From positions 372,317-436,316 of IMG/VR virus record IMGVR_UViG_3300032782_000001: 64,000 nt of DNA. One strand, 5' to 3'. Below the pieces are notes generated by a model. That model searched no databases, was not told the DNA's origin, and saw only the letters and a list, made by a program, of their open reading frames with translations. Below are positions 39,399 through 49,312 of this stretch, piece after piece. Positions within the stretch are counted from its first letter, which is position 1. Each line of letters opens with the position of its first letter. Position numbers and translations under genes: made by a program.

Positions 39399-39737
39399 GT
39401 GAGGATCGTGAAGATCGCTGCCGGATTAGCCGGCGTGAGCTACGGTGTTCTTTCAGCTTACGCTGATAGAACCGACTCACAGAATGAATTCTTGCACCAG
39501 AAGCTTCAAAAGGAGCTAGAAGGACTCGGCTATTCTCCAGTGGAATCCATCGGAGAATGGGAAGGAGTACCGGAAAAATGCTGGGTCGTACCAAACATTA
39601 ATATTTCTGAATTTGTGGAATTGGCTCGAAGATATGAACAAGAAGCCGTTATTGTGTGCGCCCGAGGAGGAAGGCCGAGAATTTTGAAAGTCGGAGGGGT
39701 ACCGAAGCCTCCTGTTTCACGTCCTATGAGCGAATGA
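39399..39737 (+). CDS. Hypothetical protein (DUF3293-like)
   Basis: LQKELEGLGY....GEWEG.PEKCWVV...LARRYEQEAV. Confidence 0.5.
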   Translation: MRIVKIAAGLAGVSYGVLSAYADRTDSQNEFLHQKLQKELEGLGYSPVESIGEWEGVPEKCWVVPNINISEFVELARRYEQEAVIVCARGGRPRILKVGGVPKPPVSRPMSE

Positions 39738-39747
39738 AGATTGAGTC

Positions 39748-40416
39748 ATGGGTTATTACTACCGCATGCGAGCCAGGGATGTAGACAGCGCCTCTATCTT
39801 GTACAGGAGTTGGGTAGTACCCAATATGCCGGATTTCCAAGCCACTCTCTACACGGGACCCAAATCTGGCGGCAGCCCATTGGCGGATGTCACCGTAGCT
39901 GCAAAATGGAAGTCAGGAATCCCGGATAACCAAATTGCAAACTTCAGTCTTGTTGATTTTCTGTTCACCAATAGCGTGCCTTCGAATGGATCTGGTAATT
40001 TCACTGTAGGAAGTAAATTTACTCCCATCAGATCTTGTAAAGCTATCGGGGTTCGGTTTTATTGGGGAGCGGCCAATAAGGCATTGAAAATTTCAATTTG
40101 GGATGTCGGAGCTGCGTCAAGAATGACTTTTGATGGGTTCGTAACGGGAGTGGCAGGAGTCTATAGAGTCCCGTTCACCAGTATTCAAACTTTGACTCCG
40201 TTCAAGTCATACGCTGTCACTGTGTATCAAACAGATGGTGCTAATTACACTAATCAAACTAGTGTTGCCGCGGAGCCAGGATCTGAAACGACAATTGCGA
40301 GTCCATTATTTTTCTACACCAATTTCAAGTCCTTTATCGCTGGAGACGGGAACCCAACGAGCACAGCTGGCTCAGAGAGATACCCTGTAGAACCCTTACT
40401 GGTAGGAACTGGATGA
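39748..40416 (+). CDS. DUF4082-like beta-sandwich protein, paralog 1
   Basis: VGSKFTP....IGVRFYW...LKISIWD. Confidence 0.65.
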   Translation: MGYYYRMRARDVDSASILYRSWVVPNMPDFQATLYTGPKSGGSPLADVTVAAKWKSGIPDNQIANFSLVDFLFTNSVPSNGSGNFTVGSKFTPIRSCKAIGVRFYWGAANKALKISIWDVGAASRMTFDGFVTGVAGVYRVPFTSIQTLTPFKSYAVTVYQTDGANYTNQTSVAAEPGSETTIASPLFFYTNFKSFIAGDGNPTSTAGSERYPVEPLLVGTG

Positions 40417-41093
40417 CCATTTATTACAAAATGAGAGGTCGGGATGTGGATGCGCCATCCCTTACTTTCCGGTCATGGGTAGTCGCCAATATACCTGACT
40501 TGACTGGAGCACAGTATACAGGACCCAAGTCTGGCGGAAGTGCACTTGCGGATGTGTATATATCGAGCGTCAGAGACGATGGGGGTATTCAGACAGACAC
40601 TGTCCCTGACTTTAGTCCCGTGAACTTCATGATGGCAAACAGTAACCCTGTTTCCAACTCATCATTAAATCAAGGAAGCGGCACTGCCTTCCGAGTCACT
40701 AGAGCTTGTAGCTTGCTCGGTATTCGATTCTACTGGGCAGTTTCTTCTAAAACTGTCAAGCTTTCTCTTTGGAATTTGAACACAAGTGCCCGTGTAAATT
40801 CTATCACGGTGTTCGTTCCAACCGCGGGTCTATACTCCTTCTATTTCTCTTCCCCCATAAGCCTCACCCCATTTGTCCAATACTCAACCGTAGCGTGGGA
40901 GACTGACTCTGGCGCTTTCTACACAACGCAGACCAGCCTTCCAACTGTTCCGTCAGTTCCATTTTTCTCAGGTCCATACCTTATTTGGACCAATTTCAAA
41001 ATCTATGGGACTAATGATACGGTTCCGAATACAACAGCTGGCTCTGAAAATTATCCAACAGAGCCGATCATTATAGGGAACACTCAGCCATAG
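40413..41093 (+). CDS. DUF4082-like beta-sandwich protein, paralog 2
   Basis: GTAFRV....LGIRFYW...VKLSLWN; shares its N-terminus with paralog 1. Confidence 0.65.
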   Translation: MTIYYKMRGRDVDAPSLTFRSWVVANIPDLTGAQYTGPKSGGSALADVYISSVRDDGGIQTDTVPDFSPVNFMMANSNPVSNSSLNQGSGTAFRVTRACSLLGIRFYWAVSSKTVKLSLWNLNTSARVNSITVFVPTAGLYSFYFSSPISLTPFVQYSTVAWETDSGAFYTTQTSLPTVPSVPFFSGPYLIWTNFKIYGTNDTVPNTTAGSENYPTEPIIIGNTQP

Positions 41094-41660
41094 TCATCGG
41101 TGGAAACCGAATAAATCCACGATTTCATCCCATCCGACTACTCGACGAAGATGGGATTCTCGGCGATTATATGGAGTGTCCCAAAGCAATGCGTGGCCGT
41201 TAGGATGATGTAAACCCCATTTCTCCACGTTGTCCGGTTTATCATCGACTAGTCCATGGCCTGCGACCGCATATTTCCGGAAACAGTGAATGATTTCGTC
41301 CTGACGAGCATTAAAATGATGAGATAACCATTCATTGCGTTCCTGCATCCATGTTTTACTAATATGGTGTGGAGTAGTAACAAATAATATCTCCACATCT
41401 GGAATAGAGCGGAGCTTTTCTACGGCTTTTTGAGCCTCAGGAAAAGGCTTCAAAGAAGAAGCGAATCCGGGCTCCGCAATCCCGTTATTACAAGCGGCCT
41501 TCATTTCGGCAGTGGGAAGAACATCAGTCACATCCCAGGTAGTGAATGCACTCATTTCCAATCGGATTCCAAAGAGATCATTGATGAGATCTCGGGCTGC
41601 CTCGTGGAAGTCACCTAAAACTCCATCGACATCCAACAAGAGACGCCTATGTAAACTCAT
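41094..41660 (-). CDS. 5'(3')-deoxyribonucleotidase (NT5C, HAD family)
   Basis: LLDVDGVLGDF (DxDxV), VTTP, LVDDKPDN, LWDTPYNR. Confidence 0.88.
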   Translation of the reverse strand: MSLHRRLLLDVDGVLGDFHEAARDLINDLFGIRLEMSAFTTWDVTDVLPTAEMKAACNNGIAEPGFASSLKPFPEAQKAVEKLRSIPDVEILFVTTPHHISKTWMQERNEWLSHHFNARQDEIIHCFRKYAVAGHGLVDDKPDNVEKWGLHHPNGHALLWDTPYNRRESHLRRVVGWDEIVDLFGFHR

Positions 41661-42175
41661 GACGACATTACGACTTCGACGCAGCAAGAGCGCCATAGTT
41701 CAACAAGATCTTCCAATTCCATGTCTTTGGCTGGACCAATCAGTGCGGTTCTGATCATTTCTACCCCTCTAGCATGCTCTTCAGATCGACGCCTGGTTGC
41801 CCGTTTCTCGATGAGGACCATGGCTTTCCCATAAAGCCCATTGGTGGGTGCTTCTTGGATCGCTTTGTCAGAGCGTTCTCTGATTTCCGCCAGAAGCTTA
41901 TCCATGGCGGCTCTCACGGATTTGGGTTTCAGGACAAAACGTTTGAATCGAGGATTGTACTGATGAATGATCTTCAGTTCAAGCTCCCTATCTGAATAGG
42001 AACAAGATACCCATTTCATTTTCGGGAGTCCGACGTCCAAAAGAACGGATGTGTGATAGAATTGGGAAAGATCTTGATTCGCTTGAATGTTGTTCGGAGG
42101 AACAAAGCGTACGCGTGCTAAAATAATCTTCGTTTGGGATAGCTTCTGAATCAGGAATTCGGCAGTTTTTGCCAT
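41657..42175 (-). CDS. Hypothetical protein ending VVMSS
   Basis: 172 aa; carries the tag. Confidence 0.65.
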   Translation of the reverse strand: MAKTAEFLIQKLSQTKIILARVRFVPPNNIQANQDLSQFYHTSVLLDVGLPKMKWVSCSYSDRELELKIIHQYNPRFKRFVLKPKSVRAAMDKLLAEIRERSDKAIQEAPTNGLYGKAMVLIEKRATRRRSEEHARGVEMIRTALIGPAKDMELEDLVELWRSCCVEVVMSS

Positions 42176-42211
42176 CTCAGATCAATACATTCCTGGTACC
42201 GTGGAGATACG

Positions 42212-43324
42212 ATGATCACGATTCTGGACATAGGCTGGGGAACGTATAAACAATATGAAGGGCCCTTTTTCAGGGGGGTCATTCCTTATTCTCTCGGGGC
42301 CACATATACGGAAGATCAACGGACGATGGCAGTTATCACCGCCACGGAAGGTGGACATTACGATGCCATTAACATGTATGATAGATGCATTCTTTCCTCT
42401 GGTCTGATTCAATGGTGTGAAGCTGGTCAATTTTCAGTTTCGGATATGCTTGGAGCCGTGGCAGAAATGGATTCTTCTGCATTGGCTCCTTTGACTCAGT
42501 ATTTGACGAGTATTGGCTTGAGCTTCAAGAAGAATGACAAAGGCAGGTGGCGATTCTTCTTCCCCGACGCACGAGGGGAAGTAGACAGGCTGGATGAACA
42601 ACAACAACTCTTCCTGTTCAAGTCCAATGGACAGCAGGGGACTTGGGACGATTCTTCTAAAGAATATGCTAAAGGTTGGGCTGCTGCCGTCGCCAGCGTA
42701 TTCCAAAGTACGATCGCTCAGCAAGCTCAAATCCGGTATACGATCCCAAGGCTCATGGGATTTGTCTTGCCTCAAGCAATGACTACGCTATGGGGAACCG
42801 AATCTGGTACTCCTACTGGCCCAGGGGACTGGAGAGCTGCCGCTAGAGCCGCATATTTGTCGTTTGCTGCAAATAACCCGACTTATGCAAACCAATCATT
42901 GCAGTCATACGTATCGGAAGCTGGAGCGGCGCAATGGAATTCAGATTGGGTTGTAGGTATGTTACAAGCTCTGACCTTTGATCCTGGAGTCATCATTTAT
43001 CCCGCCAGATATGATGCCATCAGGCCCGTGATCGAGAAGCTCTACGGCGTAGATCTTCCTGATTTTGATCAAGAATTGAAGGATTGGCATGATGGCAATG
43101 CCAATCGTGTTCCCGGTTATCCTCCGTCAGGAATGCATACGACGAAAGAAATTCAGCAAGCTCTCATCAAGCTCGGATTTGATATTGGTCCAACGGGGGC
43201 TGACGGTCAGTATGGTCCAAAAACTAAGGATGCCGTTATGGTGTTTCAGAAACTCCACGGACTCAAGGCCGACGGTATTGTTGGGGTAAATACCTGCGCG
43301 GCCCTGTTCGCATTGTCGTCATGA
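42212..43324 (+). CDS. Putative endolysin (lysozyme-like N-terminus, PG_binding_1 C-terminus)
   Basis: C-term IQQALIKLGF..G..GADGQYGPKTKDAVMVFQKLHGLKADGIVG.NT; N-term TEGG.YDAIN.YD...SSGLIQW. Confidence 0.8.
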   Translation: MITILDIGWGTYKQYEGPFFRGVIPYSLGATYTEDQRTMAVITATEGGHYDAINMYDRCILSSGLIQWCEAGQFSVSDMLGAVAEMDSSALAPLTQYLTSIGLSFKKNDKGRWRFFFPDARGEVDRLDEQQQLFLFKSNGQQGTWDDSSKEYAKGWAAAVASVFQSTIAQQAQIRYTIPRLMGFVLPQAMTTLWGTESGTPTGPGDWRAAARAAYLSFAANNPTYANQSLQSYVSEAGAAQWNSDWVVGMLQALTFDPGVIIYPARYDAIRPVIEKLYGVDLPDFDQELKDWHDGNANRVPGYPPSGMHTTKEIQQALIKLGFDIGPTGADGQYGPKTKDAVMVFQKLHGLKADGIVGVNTCAALFALSS

Positions 43325-43521
43325 GCAATTCACTGGATTCCAAGACCGTAAAAGAAATTCTGGAAGGACCAGACGACGAGCTTCTGCATGTGGTTCTAAT
43401 CCTGTCCAAAGAGTCTCGGAAGCGAATGAACGCCAAAATGGCGGACCCGGAATACAGATCCAAACTCAGTGATGGTATGCAGAAGATTTTCGCTTCTAGA
43501 AATCCAGCTCCAAAGCTTTAA
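43321..43521 (+). CDS. Small hypothetical protein
   Basis: ATGA-coupled to the endolysin. Confidence 0.5.
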   Translation: MSNSLDSKTVKEILEGPDDELLHVVLILSKESRKRMNAKMADPEYRSKLSDGMQKIFASRNPAPKL

Positions 43522-44020
43522 CGGGAGCAGTACGCTCAAATTCCTCTACGATTCTCTGTTCCAATATAGGACGCATAAAATTAGCAGCCTGATCCCATGC
43601 TTCAATAGTCTGTTGGAGACGGTCGGGTGATACTCCGTCCCAGTTTTCAAGCAATGCTTTTGTAGCTTCTAGCACATCGCGGAGAGTATCTGCCACATCC
43701 GGTGGCGGGATTCGTTCCCACTTCGGAGCGAGAAGCTCAAATCGGACCCAGTTCTTTTTCTCTGAACCGTCGTAAGGCTCATGCCAGTATTGGAGATTGG
43801 CTTCTGCCGGTTCCCCATTTTGTTTCAACGTAGGATTGATGCGGACCAATCCAGAAATACGAACAAAATCACCGATTTTGAGTTTGGATCCGGGTTCAAT
43901 CTCAAAGTTGTATGCTTGATTAAGCATAGCACATTCGACCGTAACCACCCATCGGGTCTGGCCTTCCGTCAGGAACCGTACTCGACCTTCACGGGGGGCT
44001 ACACTGAATGTTTCAAGCAT
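43496..44020 (-). CDS. Hypothetical protein
   Basis: 174-aa ORF. Confidence 0.55.
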   Translation of the reverse strand: MLETFSVAPREGRVRFLTEGQTRWVVTVECAMLNQAYNFEIEPGSKLKIGDFVRISGLVRINPTLKQNGEPAEANLQYWHEPYDGSEKKNWVRFELLAPKWERIPPPDVADTLRDVLEATKALLENWDGVSPDRLQQTIEAWDQAANFMRPILEQRIVEEFERTAPVKALELDF

Positions 44021-44132
44021 GTGTCAAGAATACATCGGAGTCATATTAGATCCAGCCCAAATCGGGTCCGCCTTAATAATACAAAGATCTCATGACCAAA
44101 TCTGGTCGCATTCTATTGTCGAATATTATTAG

Positions 44133-44372
44133 ATGGAATGCCATATTTTGTGGAGTCCGGAGCCAGGAGTCTGCAGCTCATGCGGACGCAGGTCATCCCA
44201 AGTCCGTAGGTTCACTACTGGGACCACACATGAAATGTATTGCTTTCCTTGTTGGAACGGGGCACAAGAATCGTGTCTCGTGAGTAGTCTGGATTGGGAA
44301 GAAAACGAGAACGTGATCTTCCGAATCGGAGGAATAGAGCGTGGAACCGCACAAGGAGCTGTCTGCCATTGA
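44133..44372 (+). CDS. Small Cys-rich protein
   Basis: CSSC..YCFPC. Confidence 0.45.
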   Translation: MECHILWSPEPGVCSSCGRRSSQVRRFTTGTTHEMYCFPCWNGAQESCLVSSLDWEENENVIFRIGGIERGTAQGAVCH

Positions 44373-45039
44373 GAAGTTCCGACCGGATCTGAAAAGCGGT
44401 CCACACGCTTATTTTTCCAAAGCTTTAGAATTCGCTCGAGCGAATTATTCTGAACAGATGGAGGAAATTGCCTCCGTCCAATTCCAAAAAGTTTCTCAGG
44501 AATATTTCTTCAGAGAGTATATCTGGGTAGTCCACGCAACAGGATTCTCGGCTAAGGCTGTCGGCAAATTCATGCCCAAGCTAATTCAAGCATACGGTCC
44601 ATGGAATTGTCTTCCAGATCTTCCGTTCCCCCAAGCCTTCGAACGAGTGAAGATTGTCTGCAATAATCCACAGAAATCTAAGGCTATTTATGCAATGGCC
44701 AAACTCATGTGCGACGAAATGTTCCGTAAAGATGGAACCGCAGTTCCATGGGAGGAATTCCGAAGAAACCGGCTTTCTTCACCTGAATTATTGGCGAAAC
44801 TTCCCTATGTGGGGAAAGTGACATGTTTCCACCTCGGCAGGAACATCGGGTTATTGGAATGTGTGAAGCCTGATCTTCATCTCATTCGAATGGCAGAATA
44901 TTGGGGCTTCAAGAATTGTGAAGAGATGTGTCGCGCGGTCAGGCCAGAAGGAATGCCACTCGGGATCGTGGACCTTGTTTTTTGGTACGCAGCGTCTACG
45001 TTTGGAACTTTGGAAGTAAGGAAGGATGGCCAGCGCTAA
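44341..45039 (+). CDS. HhH-GPD-like DNA glycosylase
   Basis: LAKLPYVGKVTCFHL (HhH) followed by VKPDLHLIRMA (conserved Asp). Confidence 0.7.
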   Translation: MEPHKELSAIEKFRPDLKSGPHAYFSKALEFARANYSEQMEEIASVQFQKVSQEYFFREYIWVVHATGFSAKAVGKFMPKLIQAYGPWNCLPDLPFPQAFERVKIVCNNPQKSKAIYAMAKLMCDEMFRKDGTAVPWEEFRRNRLSSPELLAKLPYVGKVTCFHLGRNIGLLECVKPDLHLIRMAEYWGFKNCEEMCRAVRPEGMPLGIVDLVFWYAASTFGTLEVRKDGQR

Positions 45040-45467
45040 CTATCCATGACTTCATAGATAGGCCACAGATTAATAATTAAATCTGCCGCATCTTCAGAGC
45101 TGATATCCCTGAAATTCGGATACTCTATCCGGAAATTTGGTTGAGCTTTGTCATAAATTTGGGTTTTAATTTGCTCTGGCTTCCCGATAGGATCGGGAAG
45201 CGATAGGTGAATCCCCCAAATTTGCTTCCATTCTAAATGACAGATTTCGAATTCAAATGTGAGTTCGAGCCCGCCTAGAAGACAAATGGCTTCGTCATTA
45301 TTATTTTTCTCTCCTTTAAGAAAAACTCTGGATGAAATCCAATCCCACCGTTCCTTCACAATCTTGCCAGCCAAAAGTCGGATTTCAGGGTCCAATTCGC
45401 TAATATCGATCACTGGTTCTCCATTATTCAGGACTCCATCACTTCCCAGATAATATTCATCGGACAT
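45036..45467 (-). CDS. Hypothetical protein ending EVMDS
   Basis: 143 aa; carries the tag. Confidence 0.65.
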   Translation of the reverse strand: MSDEYYLGSDGVLNNGEPVIDISELDPEIRLLAGKIVKERWDWISSRVFLKGEKNNNDEAICLLGGLELTFEFEICHLEWKQIWGIHLSLPDPIGKPEQIKTQIYDKAQPNFRIEYPNFRDISSEDAADLIINLWPIYEVMDS

Positions 45468-45670
45468 TCTTCAGGCTCATCCCCCACCGGAACAGTGGAG
45501 TCACACCATTCACAATGACCCAAACCGTTAGCTTGACGTAAAACACGATGGCCTTTCCCAAAAGCAATCTCATCCAATTTCTTGAAAATAAGTTCGTCTT
45601 CAGCCGATTTAATTTGTTCTCGCGCAGATATAACTGCCGCAGAATGTATAGGCAAAGGTTGACGTGCCAT
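45428..45670 (-). CDS. Small Zn-binding protein ending EVMES
   Basis: H..HCEWC...C; carries the tag. Confidence 0.6.
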   Translation of the reverse strand: MARQPLPIHSAAVISAREQIKSAEDELIFKKLDEIAFGKGHRVLRQANGLGHCEWCDSTVPVGDEPEECPMNIIWEVMES

Positions 45671-46641
45671 GCGAGACTGTACGGTCGGTCGTGCGTCACC
45701 ACATCTTCTGTTTCAGTGGGTACTCGGGCGTCGGCAAAGATGAATGCGCCGGGCATCTCGTTCGAACGAGACAGGCAATTCACACTGGGCTTGCAGACCC
45801 TGCCAAACGCCATATGGCAGATCTCTACGGATTCACCAAAGAACAGCTCTTCGGACCGAGTCATTTTCGCAATGCAGGCGATCCGAGATATCCGAAGAAT
45901 GTTATTCGAAATCTCGGATTCCAATACTTTGATGGTCAAGTAGAGTTGCGAGATGTTGTAGGAGAACTTCGTGATGGCAAACGCTATATCATCGTAGAAA
46001 CAAGAAATCTCCCTGGAACAGAACCAGTTCCAGGGAAGCCAGGTTGGCCGGCTGTTCCGCGGCAACCTCTCCAACTCGGGAAAGCTCGATACTTCATCGA
46101 AAACGATCATCCGAATTTCTTCTTGTCGCCTCGTGAGGCGCTGCAACTCTACTGCAATCTCATGAACGATCTCTATCTCGATTCATGGATTCGCAAGGGT
46201 ATTGAAGTTCATCAACAACTTGCCGAAATCCATCAGCAAGATGGAAAGGAAGTCTTCATGCGTCATAGTTACGATCGCATGATGGGCGTAATCGTGAATG
46301 ACGTGCGGGAAGGTACCAATTGGAAAACGTCAGATGGGAACTTCTTTACATGCTTTTCTGATTTCCGCCACCGACACGAAATCTCCCTCGTCAGAGCGTT
46401 CAAAGCTGAGTATACTCCAGTCGTGATTCGCGTGAAGCACCCGAAGATTACAATGCCCCCATACGATCATCGTTCAGAGACGGAACAAGCTAGTATTCCG
46501 GATTCTGCATTCGACTTCGTCATCGATAATGACGGGAGTCTCCAAGAGCTCTACACAAAGGTCGAGAAGATCGTAGAAACGGTCATTGCATCTGACGGTT
46601 GGAGGCTTCGAGGGCGGAGCTTATATGAGGAGGCCTCGTGA
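45664..46641 (+). CDS. Deoxynucleoside monophosphate kinase (T4 gp1-like) with an internal insertion
   Basis: FSGYSGVGKD P-loop, ADPAK, SPREALQ, WIR, SDFRHRHE, H.SE, DFVIDNDGSLQEL. Confidence 0.85.
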   Translation: MPCETVRSVVRHHIFCFSGYSGVGKDECAGHLVRTRQAIHTGLADPAKRHMADLYGFTKEQLFGPSHFRNAGDPRYPKNVIRNLGFQYFDGQVELRDVVGELRDGKRYIIVETRNLPGTEPVPGKPGWPAVPRQPLQLGKARYFIENDHPNFFLSPREALQLYCNLMNDLYLDSWIRKGIEVHQQLAEIHQQDGKEVFMRHSYDRMMGVIVNDVREGTNWKTSDGNFFTCFSDFRHRHEISLVRAFKAEYTPVVIRVKHPKITMPPYDHRSETEQASIPDSAFDFVIDNDGSLQELYTKVEKIVETVIASDGWRLRGRSLYEEAS

Positions 46642-47684
46642 CGATTGATATTGAGAAACTCAAGGCAGTCACCGACATTTATTGCCATGCATCATGCCCG
46701 GACGGCCTATCATCGGCAATGCTTTGTGCAGCAGCATTTTCAATGCTCGGGAGCAAGCCGAAGATTTGGTTCATCCAGTATGGAACCGAGAAGATGCTGA
46801 AGATGGAGGCCAGACCAAACCAGCTCTTCGTCGACATCACGCCTCCTCTCGAGCGATGGGAAGAATGGAAGGAACACTCACCCATTGTTCTTGACCATCA
46901 CAAGACTGCTCGGAAGGCCACGGAAGGACTCGGAGGCATTTACGGGACCGAGACCCAATCCGGAGCTTCACTGGCTTACGAACATGTCTTTGAACCATTG
47001 TTCAAAGACGACTTTAGTGAGAGTGAGTACGCTGATTGGAAAAACCTCGCCGAGCTCGCACCCATTCGGGATACCTGGCAAGATTCACATGAGCGCTGGG
47101 TTGAAGCTACTGGAATGGCTCACGCGCTCATGCAGAATAACCCTTATGAACTCGTGGATGCGGCCCGTGAAGGGAAAGTAGACTTCCAAGAGCTCTTCAA
47201 GCAGGCGAAGCGCGAAGGAGATCGGATTGATTTCAAGGCCAGAAAATTGGCCGAAAACGCTTATTTCGATCAGATCCAGTGTCTCGGAGTGAATTACCTT
47301 CTCGGGGTATTTAATTGCACTGAGAAGCTCATCTCGGATGCTGCGAACACGCTCCTAAGGCATGGGTGCGACATCGCTGTTGCCTATTTCATGCTTTGTG
47401 AAGACGGAGGTCCGAAGATTTCAATCTCCATCCGAACCAATGGAGAGATTTCAGCAGAAATCTTAGCCGCTCATAACAAGGGCGGAGGACATGACAAAGC
47501 TGCGGGCTTCAGGATTGACGATGGTCTGAATGCCTCAGTCAAGTCAATTGTTCAAGTCATCAAGCAGTCTGTCTGGAATACTAAAACCCAAAGTGTGAAG
47601 CCTGATGACGGACGAGAGCGTAAAACCAAAGACATGGTTTTGCAATCTTTGCAAGAGGCTAAGCCAGGTAAGAAACGGAGCTAA
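46638..47684 (+). CDS. DHH/DHHA1 phosphoesterase
   Basis: YCH..CPDG, FVDIT, VLDHH, GGGHDKAAGF. Confidence 0.88.
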   Translation: MTIDIEKLKAVTDIYCHASCPDGLSSAMLCAAAFSMLGSKPKIWFIQYGTEKMLKMEARPNQLFVDITPPLERWEEWKEHSPIVLDHHKTARKATEGLGGIYGTETQSGASLAYEHVFEPLFKDDFSESEYADWKNLAELAPIRDTWQDSHERWVEATGMAHALMQNNPYELVDAAREGKVDFQELFKQAKREGDRIDFKARKLAENAYFDQIQCLGVNYLLGVFNCTEKLISDAANTLLRHGCDIAVAYFMLCEDGGPKISISIRTNGEISAEILAAHNKGGGHDKAAGFRIDDGLNASVKSIVQVIKQSVWNTKTQSVKPDDGRERKTKDMVLQSLQEAKPGKKRS

Positions 47685-47707
47685 GCCTCTTGTCGCCCGG
47701 TTAGGCG

Positions 47708-48619
47708 ATGCGCCGCCATACGAGTGCCGTAGTCACGCCTGACGACATTCGACAGTATGTCAAAGGTAAGAATAAGAGCATCCGTGTAACGGATGATAAG
47801 GATGGGGCTGTCAACGTCGAGTCAGCTCAATTCGATTTTAGTTTCAAACCCAAAAATTTCAAATGGCACGTCCGAATCGAAGCAACGGACGATCCTTCTG
47901 ACGCAGACGAAAAAGTCACGCCCGATCCGGTGAAATTCATCGCCGGGTTCCTTGGGGCTGGTGTTCCAGGCGGTGAACATTTCGAGAAAATGTCTGCGGG
48001 TCCAGATGAATTTTCCGGACTCCTCAGGCATCTAGCCTCTCGGGTGGAATCTGGTTCTCTTGGGCCCAGGAAGCTTAGCGCCATGCTAAGGCGTGCCGCT
48101 GTCATCCCTAATATCAACCTTCTCCGTCGCATCGTGGCAGCTGTAGCCAGGACAGCGGCCGGTCAAGAGACTTCTCTTGCGGAAGTCAAAAAGTTACAAG
48201 AGGAGATGAAAAATAAGGGTTGGAAAGTCAAAGAGACTGAGACTGACGCTGGACTGCCTGAACTTACTGTCGATGTCTCCGGAATCTACGAGGCCAAAAT
48301 CCGAGCTGAAAGCATCTCTTACGCCTATGAGATGAAGACTCTTGGATTCCCCGAATTCGACGAAAAGGGCGACACGGAAGACCCTATTTCAACGATTCGA
48401 GCATATGCCAAGAGGGACGATATAAGTACGGCTTTGGACGAAAAGAAAAAGAGAGAAGAACTGGAAACCGGAAGGACCGAACCTGCCCCCGGCACCGTTC
48501 CCTCCCACGGTCTACCAGCTCTCCAACCTCAGAAAACGATCAAGGACGAAGAGCTAGGAGACACCGCCCGTCCTGAACCAATCCGGACCGACAAGACCGC
48601 CCCCGCTAAGCGTAAGTGA
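47708..48619 (+). CDS. Hypothetical protein with an internal repeat
   Basis: 303 aa; the segments around D..G.T.DP occur twice (DEKVTPDPVKFI, DEKGDTEDPISTI). Confidence 0.6.
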   Translation: MRRHTSAVVTPDDIRQYVKGKNKSIRVTDDKDGAVNVESAQFDFSFKPKNFKWHVRIEATDDPSDADEKVTPDPVKFIAGFLGAGVPGGEHFEKMSAGPDEFSGLLRHLASRVESGSLGPRKLSAMLRRAAVIPNINLLRRIVAAVARTAAGQETSLAEVKKLQEEMKNKGWKVKETETDAGLPELTVDVSGIYEAKIRAESISYAYEMKTLGFPEFDEKGDTEDPISTIRAYAKRDDISTALDEKKKREELETGRTEPAPGTVPSHGLPALQPQKTIKDEELGDTARPEPIRTDKTAPAKRK

Positions 48620-48644
48620 TTCCTACCATCACGTACATGATTAT

Positions 48645-49031
48645 ATGAACTGGGAAAACCAGGCAAGGTCCCATGTCGAGTCCGGACTACTTGAAATCCA
48701 TCTCAAGCCCGAAGAATCTTACGAGCTTTGCCAGGTTATTCAGACCCGGATCCGTCAAATCTCCCATCGTGATATTCCGCAGGAAATCGATTTCCGATTG
48801 GTTTCCACACTTGCACGATTCGGTTGCAGTTTGACTAGGTCCAATTCTTTGCAGGATTTGTCCTACGAAGATGTTACTGAGTTACTCAAACTGTTTTGGA
48901 GCCCCAAAATTCGGGAAGTAGAAAAAGAACTCCAATTCGCCCTTGCGGTATTTGTTTTGAGGCAAACCGGTCCTATTGACCCCGTATGGCAAGATCAGAT
49001 TTCGAAAGAAATGATTGACATTCTCGGTTAG
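48645..49031 (+). CDS. Hypothetical protein
   Basis: 128-aa ORF. Confidence 0.55.
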   Translation: MNWENQARSHVESGLLEIHLKPEESYELCQVIQTRIRQISHRDIPQEIDFRLVSTLARFGCSLTRSNSLQDLSYEDVTELLKLFWSPKIREVEKELQFALAVFVLRQTGPIDPVWQDQISKEMIDILG

Positions 49032-49312
49032 CTTTCCATCACATCCACAATGATCACCATCTCTGGAATGAGAGAATCCAGAGGAAACCAATATTTTTCC
49101 CAGCCGATGGCAAACGATGAGTGAATTTTGAGGAGAACGAAACTCGGATCGGTCTCCGTTATTTCCCAAGAGAAATGTTCGATTTGAAGCAATAACTTCA
49201 TCTCATACAGAGTTCTCTCAATAAGTTGGCCTGTCAGTGGATTCTTCCACCCTCCTAGCCCGCCAACATTTGCACTAGCGAGTGATTTGAAAAGGGCGGT
49301 TTCAGTGCTCAT
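49028..49312 (-). CDS. Hypothetical protein ending DVMES
   Basis: 94 aa; carries the tag. Confidence 0.65.
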   Translation of the reverse strand: MSTETALFKSLASANVGGLGGWKNPLTGQLIERTLYEMKLLLQIEHFSWEITETDPSFVLLKIHSSFAIGWEKYWFPLDSLIPEMVIIVDVMES

